DNA of 36,345 nucleotides, taken from IMG/VR virus record IMGVR_UViG_3300017766_001376, positions 1 through 36,345 of that record. One strand, given 5' to 3'. Positions 8,496-18,900 of this stretch are shown here, in pieces; position 1 is the stretch's first letter, and the number at the start of each line of letters is the position of its first letter. The notes beneath the pieces were generated by a model. That model was not told the DNA's origin and searched no databases. It saw only the letters and a list, made by a program, of their open reading frames with translations. This stretch comes from a virus. Its lineage: Duplodnaviria; Caudoviricetes. The translations under genes were made by a program, and so were the position numbers.

Positions 8496-10895
8496 ATGTC
8501 AATAACACCATTAAATATAAGCGATACTTTTCAAACCTGGTACACCACCACTAATTCTATTATTAGCGAAATTAATGGAATTACCATTCATAATTTAATT
8601 CCAGGAGACGGTATTAGTTTAACCAGTAATGGTAATAATGTTTACACAATTAAGCACGGAACTTCGGTAGCCACACCAGTAACTTTTACAGGTCCTATTA
8701 ATTTTACTAATACAGTATCTTTTAGTAGTGCTCCCTTAGTAAATACCATGGTTACTACAATATCTCCTAAAACCTCTGGTATTACTGCTGGTAATGTTGT
8801 TAGAGTAACTACAACTGGTTTAACATTAGCCAAAGCAGACACTGTTGATAACGCAGAAGTTTTTGGTGTTGTTATCAGCTCTGATGCGTCTACTGATACT
8901 GTTGCCACATCCGGTATTATTAGTGATACTAATTTTAGTGCAACTATTGGTAATATGCTGGGAATTGTTGGTGCAACATTAATGACCGGTTGTGCGTACT
9001 TTTTGAGCCCAACAGTGGCCGGTGGTATCACAACGATAGAACCAAATACTTACGGTCAAGTTTCTAAACCAATTCTTTTAGGTATCACAGGAACTCAAGG
9101 ATTGTTCTTGCCTCATCGTGGTATTCAAGTTGAAGGTATTAGTGCTGGTATTACCGCCGAGCTTGACAACAAAGTAATAATTCAAATTGATTACACTTCA
9201 GGACTAAAAACTGATGCTGCTGGTTTAAAAATAGGTGATGCGGTAATTTTAACGGACGGAGGAATTACTGATTATAACACACTAGCATTAAATCTTTTAA
9301 ATCTGGGTACCGGATTAAGATTACAGGGACAAATTAATAGTTCTGGAACAGATCAAGTATTTATCGTTGGTGGTGCCGGATTCTTTCAATTAGGTTCTAA
9401 TGTTTTCAGTGATAAAATTTTAGGTTTAGTTAGTAAAATTCTTGTTCACGACACAGTTAATTATCAATTAACTGTTGAAATAACACTTCCTGGTGGTAGC
9501 TTTAATGCTACAATTGCAGATTTAGATACTGTAATGTATCCGTATATTGATAAAACTAGATCATATTTTTATGATTCAAGCACAGGCAATTCTAATACAT
9601 GGGCTAAAGATACCACCGGAGCCCAATACAAAGATAAATTTTTAGATTTTATTCGATACAATGATCCAGCAAATACTGCAAAAATTGTATTTCATAATAA
9701 CGTCAGACTTGAACCATCACCACAACTAACGTTTGTTGGATCTGGTTCTGGATCTGGTTCTGGAATGACTGCTTCTTTAGAATACGATAATTTAATACCA
9801 AACGGTTCGTTTAGTATATGGCAACGATCATTTAGTAGTTTGAATGGTGTAACTTTTGCTGGTTTATCTGGTTACAATACTCCTATAGCAGATCGTTGGT
9901 TTTATGTTGCAGACTCTGGTAATTTGTCTGGATTAAGTTTATCTGTAGAGAAACAATCGTTCGATGCATCTCAAACTCAAGTTCCTGGATCACCATTGTA
10001 TTGGGTAGACCTAAAGCAAACATACACATCTACAACTGGATTGAATTATCGTCCTCGTTTTGAAAACATTCAAAAAGGCGCAAAACTACTACAAGGCCAA
10101 CAAGCCACAGTAACATTCTGGGCAGTAGCTGGTATTTGTGGTGCCACCATTGATCTGGTTTATAATCGTTATCCAGAAGACACAGAAAACTATGTTACCG
10201 TTAATGAAATACAAGACGCACTTTCTGCCAGAGAAATGATTCAATCTGGAATTCAATTGTCTACAAATTGGGCACAATATAACTATACATTTACTCCTAC
10301 TGCTCAAGGAGTTGTTTCAAATTCCGAGGAAGGTTGGTTTGGTTTAGGATTTGAATTCCCGTCTAGAGGAGTGACTTTAAGTATTGCTCAAGTTAAACTA
10401 GAATTGGGTTCAGACGTTGCAGATTATATTTACACTCGTCCAGAAAAAGATTTAGAACAATGTGCTCCTTATTATTTGAGAACTTATGATTGGAATCAAG
10501 CAACCGGATACTCTGGTTCTTCTAAATTGAATGAACAGTATATTCAATTAGGTAATTTATTATCACAAAAAATCTACACAATACCATTTACAACTGAACT
10601 GGTACAAACACCAAGAAGTGTAACTTTATATTCGTCTACTGGTCAGAAAGATGAAGCATTCAACGTTACAAAAAATATTGATATGCGTTATCCAACATGT
10701 GAAGGATGCCCAATTCATGTAAATCTGCCTTGGGATACATCAACAGTTAGAACGTCTCTACCGTCTGGCAACATTGCAGTAGTAGATCAAAGCAAAAATG
10801 GAATGCAAGTTATTATTAATAATGGAGCCACACATTTAGATCAACTTAAATTCCATTATGTTGCTGATGCCGACATAAAATTCAGTACAACATAA
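8496..10895 (+). CDS. Tail fibre / receptor-binding protein with a C-terminal carbohydrate-binding-like domain
   Basis: N-terminal 'SDTFQTWYTTTN' fibre-anchor motif, a GS linker, and the 'NLIPNGSFSIWQR...ADRW...AQVKLELG...LEQCAPYY' pattern common in phage fibre CBM-like domains. Confidence 0.7.
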   Translation: MSITPLNISDTFQTWYTTTNSIISEINGITIHNLIPGDGISLTSNGNNVYTIKHGTSVATPVTFTGPINFTNTVSFSSAPLVNTMVTTISPKTSGITAGNVVRVTTTGLTLAKADTVDNAEVFGVVISSDASTDTVATSGIISDTNFSATIGNMLGIVGATLMTGCAYFLSPTVAGGITTIEPNTYGQVSKPILLGITGTQGLFLPHRGIQVEGISAGITAELDNKVIIQIDYTSGLKTDAAGLKIGDAVILTDGGITDYNTLALNLLNLGTGLRLQGQINSSGTDQVFIVGGAGFFQLGSNVFSDKILGLVSKILVHDTVNYQLTVEITLPGGSFNATIADLDTVMYPYIDKTRSYFYDSSTGNSNTWAKDTTGAQYKDKFLDFIRYNDPANTAKIVFHNNVRLEPSPQLTFVGSGSGSGSGMTASLEYDNLIPNGSFSIWQRSFSSLNGVTFAGLSGYNTPIADRWFYVADSGNLSGLSLSVEKQSFDASQTQVPGSPLYWVDLKQTYTSTTGLNYRPRFENIQKGAKLLQGQQATVTFWAVAGICGATIDLVYNRYPEDTENYVTVNEIQDALSAREMIQSGIQLSTNWAQYNYTFTPTAQGVVSNSEEGWFGLGFEFPSRGVTLSIAQVKLELGSDVADYIYTRPEKDLEQCAPYYLRTYDWNQATGYSGSSKLNEQYIQLGNLLSQKIYTIPFTTELVQTPRSVTLYSSTGQKDEAFNVTKNIDMRYPTCEGCPIHVNLPWDTSTVRTSLPSGNIAVVDQSKNGMQVIINNGATHLDQLKFHYVADADIKFSTT
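9738..9764 (+). repeat. GGATCTGGTTCT tandem repeat encoding a GSGSGSGSG linker
   Basis: Read directly; separates two domains of the 799-aa fibre. Confidence 0.8.
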
Positions 10896-10918
10896 AGTAA
10901 ATAAGGAAATTAGTAAAA

Positions 10919-12037
10919 ATGCCATCTTGCAGATCAACTTCATCACAAAGCACACGAGTATTTGCTCCTCATGTAATTTTACAACAAAATACAACTCGTC
11001 TCACAATGACTTTAAGTTCCGGGCAAGGATACACTCTTGCTTCAGGTCTTACTGCTGGCGATGTTATTAGATATAATCCGGATACTATATCTTATGTAAA
11101 ATCACAGGCAGACAGTGAAACAAATGCCGAAGTTGTAGGTGTAATTGAGGGTGGAATCACTGGTCCATTTACAGTTGTACTTTCTGGTTCTATTAATTAT
11201 CCGCAAGAAAAATTATCAAAAATAACAGACGGCGGAAATGGTGGTATAGACATTTTATTTTTGGACGATGCTGTTGCTGGTGGTTTAACCGGCACTATAG
11301 ATGTTACACAAAGCATAAAAATAGTAAAACCTGTCATTCAACTTGCCAAAAATGGTCAATACAATGGAATTGTAGTAAATTATATTGGTTATAAAACAGG
11401 AAGTGCTTCACAAGCAGAAGACGCACAACAATTTACTGGATCTATCGTATTTGGTCCTTCAGGAATTGCCAGCAATGTTTATGTTTCTTTAGAATCGGAT
11501 CAAGTATTAAATCCTGCAGAAAATGCTCAAATATTTTCTTTCTTTGGAACCACATCTGGCCCTTGGTTAGAAGCTTTGACTATTTCTTCTGGTCCTTCAC
11601 TGAACACCTCATTAAAAACTAACCAAGCAAAAGTTTATCAAGTAAAGAATGGTATAACTGTTAACAATGGTTATGTTGAAGATATTGATCTAGTGAATAA
11701 CATTCTATACGTGAGAAAAGGTGGAGAAGTATCTCCCATGGATAGCAGTTTAGGTGGAATTTACATTAACGGTGTTGCTTACGGGTATTCTGCAACAGCA
11801 GTAAAAGATTTCTTTGTTCCTAGAGTAAACTCTACAGCAATAACTCAAAACGGCGAACCATTAATTGCATATTTAAAAATTACAGATCAAGCTAATGTGA
11901 CTCTTCCAAGTGATTTAGTTGCAAATTCTTTAACCGCAAACACTCTTTTGGTAGTTGATGGTATAGACGTTGAAGCAAAATTAAATGAATTAGAAGTAAA
12001 AATCAATTTACTAAATAACAGAGTTAGCGCATTCTAA
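10919..12037 (+). CDS. Putative tail fibre-associated structural protein
   Basis: N-terminal domain paralogous to part of 8496..10895 (AGDVIR...QADSETNAEVVGV...AVAGGLT...KPV); C-terminal coiled coil; AAGGA RBS. Confidence 0.55.
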   Translation: MPSCRSTSSQSTRVFAPHVILQQNTTRLTMTLSSGQGYTLASGLTAGDVIRYNPDTISYVKSQADSETNAEVVGVIEGGITGPFTVVLSGSINYPQEKLSKITDGGNGGIDILFLDDAVAGGLTGTIDVTQSIKIVKPVIQLAKNGQYNGIVVNYIGYKTGSASQAEDAQQFTGSIVFGPSGIASNVYVSLESDQVLNPAENAQIFSFFGTTSGPWLEALTISSGPSLNTSLKTNQAKVYQVKNGITVNNGYVEDIDLVNNILYVRKGGEVSPMDSSLGGIYINGVAYGYSATAVKDFFVPRVNSTAITQNGEPLIAYLKITDQANVTLPSDLVANSLTANTLLVVDGIDVEAKLNELEVKINLLNNRVSAF

Positions 12038-14865
12038 TGAACAATATAGGCTCCAGTGCATTAAACCTTTTAGGTATAACGCTAATCGGTATAGGGTCTA
12101 CCGGAGCGACAGGACCTATTGGTATTACTGGCGCAACTGGTGCCGGACTAACCGGTAATACTGGACCTAGTATTGTTGGTATAACTTTAATAAATCGATA
12201 TGTTGTTACCACTTTCTCTAACGGAAGTACATACGCAACTCCATCTATAGCATACGGAACTACTGGTGCCGTAAATTATATTATAGATTATGAAAACACA
12301 GGAACTGGAGTTTCTTTAGCACACTCGGTTAGCGGTACAGTATTAAATTTAAGACCTATAAAGTTTGTTAATAATACTGATGTTCCACTAACTGTTCAAG
12401 ACAATCCAACAAATATAACAATAGATTTTACAACTACTGCTCCATCTGGTATAACACTGACTTCACTGGACGATAAATCATATCTACTAAAATTTAAAAA
12501 TAAAAAAGCAGTAAGAGTAAATGGCCAAGGAACAACTGCAGCTAGTGGTACTATAACTGGACTTGCATTTTCAAATGCTAATATATTTGAACGAGTTCGT
12601 GGAATGGGATGGACTGGATCCACTGGTGCCGTTAATTGTTCTTACTCTGCTAATGGTATAACCTGTGCAATAAATCCATTTATTGAAGAATATGATGGAG
12701 TAATGTACGGATCTAAATCCAGAATATACGTTGGTGATTTTAATGGAAATACGGGTTCTATAATACTACAAGATTGCCCAAGGGATGGAAATGCTTACGG
12801 TTTAGAATTACATATTCAAAATTGTAAAAATCCTAACAATTTAACTAATCGGTTTATTTCATCAGGCTCTTCTAATATTTACTGGCCGTTGAATAAAACT
12901 CCATGTTTTTCTGTAGATGGTGCTACATGCAGTATGCGAGTTTCGTTCTTTGGCATTGAAGGCACTTGGTATGGAACAGCAAAAAGCACAAGTTCTGCTT
13001 GTGTTGGTGCCACACTATTTTACACTAATTGTACTGTTCCACCTCAGTTTACTTTTACTGGCAGTCTAACAAATAATATTACAATTTTAGGAGCTTGTTG
13101 TAAAGCAGATGGAACTTGTTCTCTAACAACAGCAGATTTGTGTGATGGTTATTATCACGGTTATGGAACTACTTGTGGTAATACTTATGATTCTATTTGT
13201 AATAAACCTGGTGCTTGCTGTTTTACTTTAAATTATACAAGTTCTACAGATTCGCAAGTCTTAAATCAAAATCAATGGAAGTTCTGTAATTCTTTGAGCT
13301 GCAGTGACTGTTTAAATTTTGGTACACCTACTTCTCTTTACACTACTAAATTTGCTGGTAATGGAACAGATTGCACGACTACAAATTGTGATGATTTGCA
13401 ATTAAATTTAGGAGCGTGTTGCGACGGTAAAGGTAATTGTTCAGAAATAACAAGAGAAGCGTGTATTGCAAAATCTGGTTTTTATCAAGGAAATGGTTCA
13501 GTTTGTATTACTTCCGGCGTTTCTGTTTGTGCTGGTGGAACAGGTCCGTGTTGTGTAAACGGTGATTGTTCAGAAAACTCTGCAACAAATTGTTTTGCCA
13601 ACAATGGTTATTATCTAGGATTAGGACGAGCTTGTTCTGAGTTTACATGTCCAACCAAAATTTCGTGTTTAGGTTTTATTGATGGTGTACCAATTTATCC
13701 AGGGCAAGAATATGGTGGCGGTATTGTGGTTGGTATTTTTGATCCAGGAACTACAGAAATATTAGGAGCAAAAGATTTGTTTTCTCCTGCTGGTGATCTG
13801 GCTTTATCTGGAATTACAACATACAATTCTGTTGCATACACTTCATTCTTAGACCACACTGCATACGGAATAACAAAAGAAAATTGTAATCTAGGATTTG
13901 AGTCGTACATTGTTATAGTATATCCACATGATTTGTATGAAAATGTTACTGTAAATAATAAATTTGCTTGGGGTGGAACTGGTTCTGCTTGGGGACCATT
14001 ACTCGATACCGGTTATAATCATAACGATTTTAAATTATACGATACAGTAAACAATAGCACAGACCAAATTTATTATGCAAATACTCATTTGCTGTTCAAT
14101 GAGGGATACTGGGGTATTAGTGGTGCCACTAGTATAAATGACGATCTGACATCAAAAACTTTTCAGACCTGCAGTTCTGCAAAACAATACGGTATTTCTG
14201 GTAAACAAAGAGTATTTTCTAAATCTCCATACGGTATGCATGGCGTCTGGCATCAATCTTGGGGATTATATAATACAGTACGCGCAATTAGTGCATATAA
14301 TGCGTACAATTCTAACGCTTCGTTGGGTGGAGTTTATAAAGCATCTGATTTTACTGGAGTAACTGCAACTAATGCATTTATTGCTACCAGAAAAATATCA
14401 GATGGTATTACTTCTGATACTCAAGGCATAACTGCAAATACCGGTAAATTATCAAACTGGTATCTTCCAAGCCACGATGAATTAGCTTTTATTGCAGCAA
14501 GTACCAAATCTATAGCATATAATATCAATACACATCTACTAATGCATAATGGAGATCCTTTAAACGGAATTTACTGGACATCCACCGGTACATTTGATTA
14601 CACTAAATCAGAAGGTGTATATAACGGCACAAAACCAACACCAGGTTCTGTTGCTGTTGCCATGCAAATTGATATCAATAGCACTGACTATAAAGTGTTT
14701 AAATCAAATAGACAAGAACAATATAAAGTTAGACCGATACGTTACGTGAGATGTGATTCAGAAACGCCAGAAAATCGTTACTTATGGTTGATTCCAACAG
14801 TATACTCCACAGCAATTAATACACCAGTTAATCAAAGAAATATAGATACAATTAGTTACGGATAA
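12037..14865 (+). CDS. Collagen-like fibre with four GxCC Cys-rich repeats and a C-terminal DUF1566/Lcl-C-like lectin domain
   Basis: G-x-T triplets at the N-terminus; GACC/GPCC repeats; 'GQEYGGGIVVG...WYLPSHDEL...YWTST...KVRPIR'. Confidence 0.7.
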   Translation: MNNIGSSALNLLGITLIGIGSTGATGPIGITGATGAGLTGNTGPSIVGITLINRYVVTTFSNGSTYATPSIAYGTTGAVNYIIDYENTGTGVSLAHSVSGTVLNLRPIKFVNNTDVPLTVQDNPTNITIDFTTTAPSGITLTSLDDKSYLLKFKNKKAVRVNGQGTTAASGTITGLAFSNANIFERVRGMGWTGSTGAVNCSYSANGITCAINPFIEEYDGVMYGSKSRIYVGDFNGNTGSIILQDCPRDGNAYGLELHIQNCKNPNNLTNRFISSGSSNIYWPLNKTPCFSVDGATCSMRVSFFGIEGTWYGTAKSTSSACVGATLFYTNCTVPPQFTFTGSLTNNITILGACCKADGTCSLTTADLCDGYYHGYGTTCGNTYDSICNKPGACCFTLNYTSSTDSQVLNQNQWKFCNSLSCSDCLNFGTPTSLYTTKFAGNGTDCTTTNCDDLQLNLGACCDGKGNCSEITREACIAKSGFYQGNGSVCITSGVSVCAGGTGPCCVNGDCSENSATNCFANNGYYLGLGRACSEFTCPTKISCLGFIDGVPIYPGQEYGGGIVVGIFDPGTTEILGAKDLFSPAGDLALSGITTYNSVAYTSFLDHTAYGITKENCNLGFESYIVIVYPHDLYENVTVNNKFAWGGTGSAWGPLLDTGYNHNDFKLYDTVNNSTDQIYYANTHLLFNEGYWGISGATSINDDLTSKTFQTCSSAKQYGISGKQRVFSKSPYGMHGVWHQSWGLYNTVRAISAYNAYNSNASLGGVYKASDFTGVTATNAFIATRKISDGITSDTQGITANTGKLSNWYLPSHDELAFIAASTKSIAYNINTHLLMHNGDPLNGIYWTSTGTFDYTKSEGVYNGTKPTPGSVAVAMQIDINSTDYKVFKSNRQEQYKVRPIRYVRCDSETPENRYLWLIPTVYSTAINTPVNQRNIDTISYG
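12094..12168 (+). repeat. Collagen-like G-X-Y repeat
   Basis: GSTGATGPIGITGATGAGLTGNTGP. Confidence 0.8.
13090..13653 (+). repeat. Four Cys-rich GxCC protein repeats
   Basis: Units start at 13090 (GACC), 13210 (GACC), 13411 (GACC) and 13543 (GPCC); pattern GxCC-x3-4-C-x7-C-x3-4-G-x-Y-x-G-x-G-x-x-C. Confidence 0.85.
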
Positions 14866-14868
14866 TAA

Positions 14869-15966
14869 ATGTATAAAGTATCATCTAGTGTCATAGCGAT
14901 GGGTACAGTGGCCGTGGATTACGGTCCATTCCGTGGTCCTACAGGTGCTACAGGGCCAACAGGACCTACAGGACCAACCGGACCAACTGGAGCCACAGGC
15001 GCAACTGGTATTGGTGTTTACGGATTCAATCCATCAGCAAGCTCAAACGGAATTACTATTTATTTAGAAGATAGTTCTCAAATATTTTTAAGTGGATTAT
15101 CTGGAAATACTTTTACAGATTTTTATAATGCTGCATATTTATTTGGAATTGCAGGAACTAGCGGAACTATTTTAAATGAAAGTTTTAATATTAAAGGTTC
15201 TGTTACCGGATTAACTGCTACATTTAAACCAATTATTGGCTTGAATGGTATGAGTTTAACGTACACTGGAAACGATTTAAAGTTTGCTGTAACTATACCA
15301 ACAGGAGCAGCAATAGGAGTTTCTGGTTCTGCTTTACGTAGTGCTGGAAAAACTGCAGGAACTTTTGATTCTAGTATATTTAAATATCAAGAAAATACTG
15401 TAGGAATAACCACAGTAAATATAGCAAAAATACAAGTAACACAATTTGCTCAAGCAAATACACAGTACAATAAAAACGTTCAAACAACACTTTCTTCTGC
15501 GAGTTCTGTACTAACAAGTACTGATGGTAGAAAAAATACTTCATTTTATCAAATAAATCCGGATGGAGGAACTTTACCTACCGATGTGTATTATTCTACC
15601 GAATGGTCTAAGATTAACAATAATAATGTGGCTGCAGGATTAACACTACAATTTAGAGATCAATTAGTGTTTAATAATTTGGTTTCATACAGTATGGAAT
15701 TAGGTTCTTGTTGTTTTTGTAACGGTTCTGCTCTTAAAGGATGTATCGATTACGTAAATAGTTCATATTGTGCAAGTTTTTTAAATAACACAGGTGTATT
15801 TTCGTATAAATCTTGTGTAGAAAGAAAAACAATAGACTGTAAAGATACGGGAGCTTGTTGTGCAAACGGATATTGTGCAAACACCGATGCAGCTACTTGT
15901 TCCAGAATTGGTGGAACTTTTTCTGCTGATAAATCTTGTGCTGCAGGAAATGCTTGTCCCCCTTAA
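14869..15966 (+). CDS. Collagen-like fibre protein with two C-terminal GxCC repeats
   Basis: GPT/GAT triplet run; GSCC at 15703 and GACC at 15850; ends in NACPP. Confidence 0.7.
   Translation: MYKVSSSVIAMGTVAVDYGPFRGPTGATGPTGPTGPTGPTGATGATGIGVYGFNPSASSNGITIYLEDSSQIFLSGLSGNTFTDFYNAAYLFGIAGTSGTILNESFNIKGSVTGLTATFKPIIGLNGMSLTYTGNDLKFAVTIPTGAAIGVSGSALRSAGKTAGTFDSSIFKYQENTVGITTVNIAKIQVTQFAQANTQYNKNVQTTLSSASSVLTSTDGRKNTSFYQINPDGGTLPTDVYYSTEWSKINNNNVAAGLTLQFRDQLVFNNLVSYSMELGSCCFCNGSALKGCIDYVNSSYCASFLNNTGVFSYKSCVERKTIDCKDTGACCANGYCANTDAATCSRIGGTFSADKSCAAGNACPP
14935..15009 (+). repeat. Collagen-like G-X-T repeat
   Basis: GPTGATGPTGPTGPTGPTGATGATG. Confidence 0.85.
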
Positions 15967-15976
15967 TCTATATTAA

Positions 15977-15984
15977 TATAAATA
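15977..15984 (+). promoter_or_regulatory. T4-type late promoter TATAAATA
   Basis: Exact consensus, intergenic, 6 nt before the ATG at 15991. Confidence 0.8.
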
Positions 15985-15990
15985 ATTAAA

Positions 15991-18900
15991 ATGCCATCAA
16001 TTATAGGAAGTAGCTTATTATCAGGAAACGTAATAACAGGAACCGGTCCTATCGGTTACTCTGGCCCTACAGGACCAACAGGGCCTCGTGGAGCTACCGG
16101 AACTGTGTTAGGTCCTACTGGTGGAACTGCTGTTTATATTTTTGATGTGATATCGAATCCTTCCGCAAATCAAATATCATTTGTGCTTTCTGATGGCAAC
16201 CAATACGGTCCATTTTTTGGGTTTACTGGACCAACCATATCGTATTCTGATTCTCGTGGATTGTGTGCAGAACATACCAGTACTGCATTTTCTGTATGGA
16301 GTGGTATTTCTGCTGGCATAACATTTCAGTTTAGAGGAATTACTGGAGACGGTCAGTACATAACTCCGTCTTTAACTACAGATAAAAATGAATTGCTGTT
16401 AACTATTGGTAATCTTTCTGCTGCAGGAACTCCTGCTTATGGAAATACGGGTGATGATTTTATATCGTATACCACACCAATACATACCGCAACAAACACT
16501 CAGATAAAAGTAATTAATCAAAATTTTGAAGAGTCTGCAAGTGGATTTGCTGGTTCTGCAGACACTACTGCGCTTGAATTTGGTTTAACTGGAATTGCTG
16601 CTACTAGCGCAAGTAAAGTTAGAGTGTACTCGGATTTTGAAACACCTTATATTAATATAGATCAGCTTACACGAGGAAATCCAACCAATCCTAACGGATA
16701 CACTCTAGATTTAACAAAATCGTCTGTGTTTAAACTGACCACTCCTGTTGGTATTGCATCTTTTTCTGATACCAATCTTACTAATGCTTATAAGAGCTGG
16801 TTATTTTTTATTGAAGGTTCTGATGTTTGGAATCTTCCAAATAATTTACTGTTTGATTCTGGTATTACTGGTATTGGTAATTACGGGTTTACACCCGGAA
16901 TGAATTTATTACGAATAACTAAATCACCAAATTCTAATAACTATATTGGTACTTTTATTGACAGATTTATTGGTGCTGATGATACTGGTGGATTGCAATT
17001 TGGTGGAATAGGTTCTTGTTGCAAACCAGACGGCACTTGTCAAGATTATACAACTCAAGAAGATTGTGCAAAAATTACTGGTAGTTATTATGCTGCTTTG
17101 AAGTCGTGCAGTCAGTCTTGTAATATAGGATCTTGTTGTATTAATGGTATATGTTTTAATAATATAAACCGAGACACATGTTTAGCTTTAACAGGAAATG
17201 CTAGTGCTTGGAGTGGTAACGCATGTTCTCTTGGAGAACGTGAAATATGTGCACCTGGAACAAATGTATATCAGTTAACAAATTCGTATACAATAAATCA
17301 AAATCCTATACTATTAGAGGAAAATAATGTAAGTTTGAATACTCCTTCTACTTGGGTAAAAATTTTTGAATTTACCGTAAAAACTGATGATGCTACCGCA
17401 AAAATTAGTATAGATGATCCCGTAAATAATAATGGTGTAGGTTGTAAATTTACTTTAGATCCTAATAATATTGTATCACAAAAAACAGTTTCAAATATAG
17501 GAACAAGCATAGTATCTGTTTATTTTGCAGGATTTACCGGAGTGGTTTCTGATACTGCAAACAATCAAACAATTTCTTGGAATATTCGATTAACAACAGC
17601 TACAGGTAGTGAAACCCGTTATAATGAGGTACTAATAAACAGTTTTACTTATAATAATTTAAAAATAATAAAAAAACCAGTAGTAATAGATAAAATTCAA
17701 GCTTATTTTAAAGCACAAAGATACTGTTTAGATTGCTATGGATTAAAAACAATAAATTCTGGTACATCTGATGGTAATCATGTTAATAGCGAAACACGTA
17801 AAAGAAAATACTATCCAATTCAAGAACAATACGGAACTTGTTCATTTTCTTTAACTGGCACAAAAGACCAAATTAATTTATTGTCTGTGCGAGTTGGTGA
17901 CGTTCGAGAAGTTAATGATTGTAGATTTTCTGATGCAGAAACAGAATACTATGGTTGTACTACGTGCACTAATAAAACAAGACCAACCACAGTGTGTCCA
18001 CATATAGATTATCAGTTTGATCCTACAGCAAATCGTGCTATTCGTAGTAATTATTGCAAAACTGCACGACAACTTATTACTGGTCTTGGTTTAAATCAAG
18101 GATTTACTCCTACATATCCTAATTACGCTGGTCTAAATGCAAAAGGAGATTTGGTTGATTTTTCAACCCCAACAGGATCTATAATTGGGGCAACCAGTCC
18201 TTACTGGTTCGATATTACGTTTAACGATCAGCACAGTTTAATATCAAAGTTATCAGCATCTTCTGTCACCACAGAAGCTAATATGAAATCTGTACTGGAC
18301 GATTTAAAAAATAAATTATACTCAACTTCTAATACAAATGGATCTCTGTTCTTCAATAAGACTAATTTTAATTCTGAATTAACTGTTGTTGCCGGAAATT
18401 CTAGTTGTGCTCCTGGTGTAACCGCACAACACGCTGATTTATATAATATTACATTAGATTTCACAACACCACCTACTGGTGCCGGTACATCTTATAGATA
18501 TTTCTTACATTCATTTAAAACTACATATGGAATTGAATGTAGCAATGAATGCAATAGAGTTTCAGGTGGTACAAATTCATTAGTAGTATACGATGAAAGA
18601 GTAAAATTATCAGATCAACGACAAATATATCTTCATTCTGATGGTTATTATATCTTACATAAAGCTATAGTAAATACTATAACAACTAATTTGAACGATA
18701 TAAATGCTCCTGGTGAATTTTTAGTATTCCCTATGGGTTCTTGCAAAGACAAAGGATATTTTGTTAGAGATTGTATAGGTCCAAAGTTTGATTGTAAATA
18801 CACCTATATGGACACCAGTACTCCAAAATATGTCGGAGAAATAACACAATCAGATACTATTGGTGGTAAATTACAAGTTAATGTAAGTAAAACTATTCCT

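Noticed and set aside
10896-10903. AGTAAATA as a late promoter for 10919
   Set aside because: Two mismatches to the consensus in AT-rich DNA; not distinguishable from chance.
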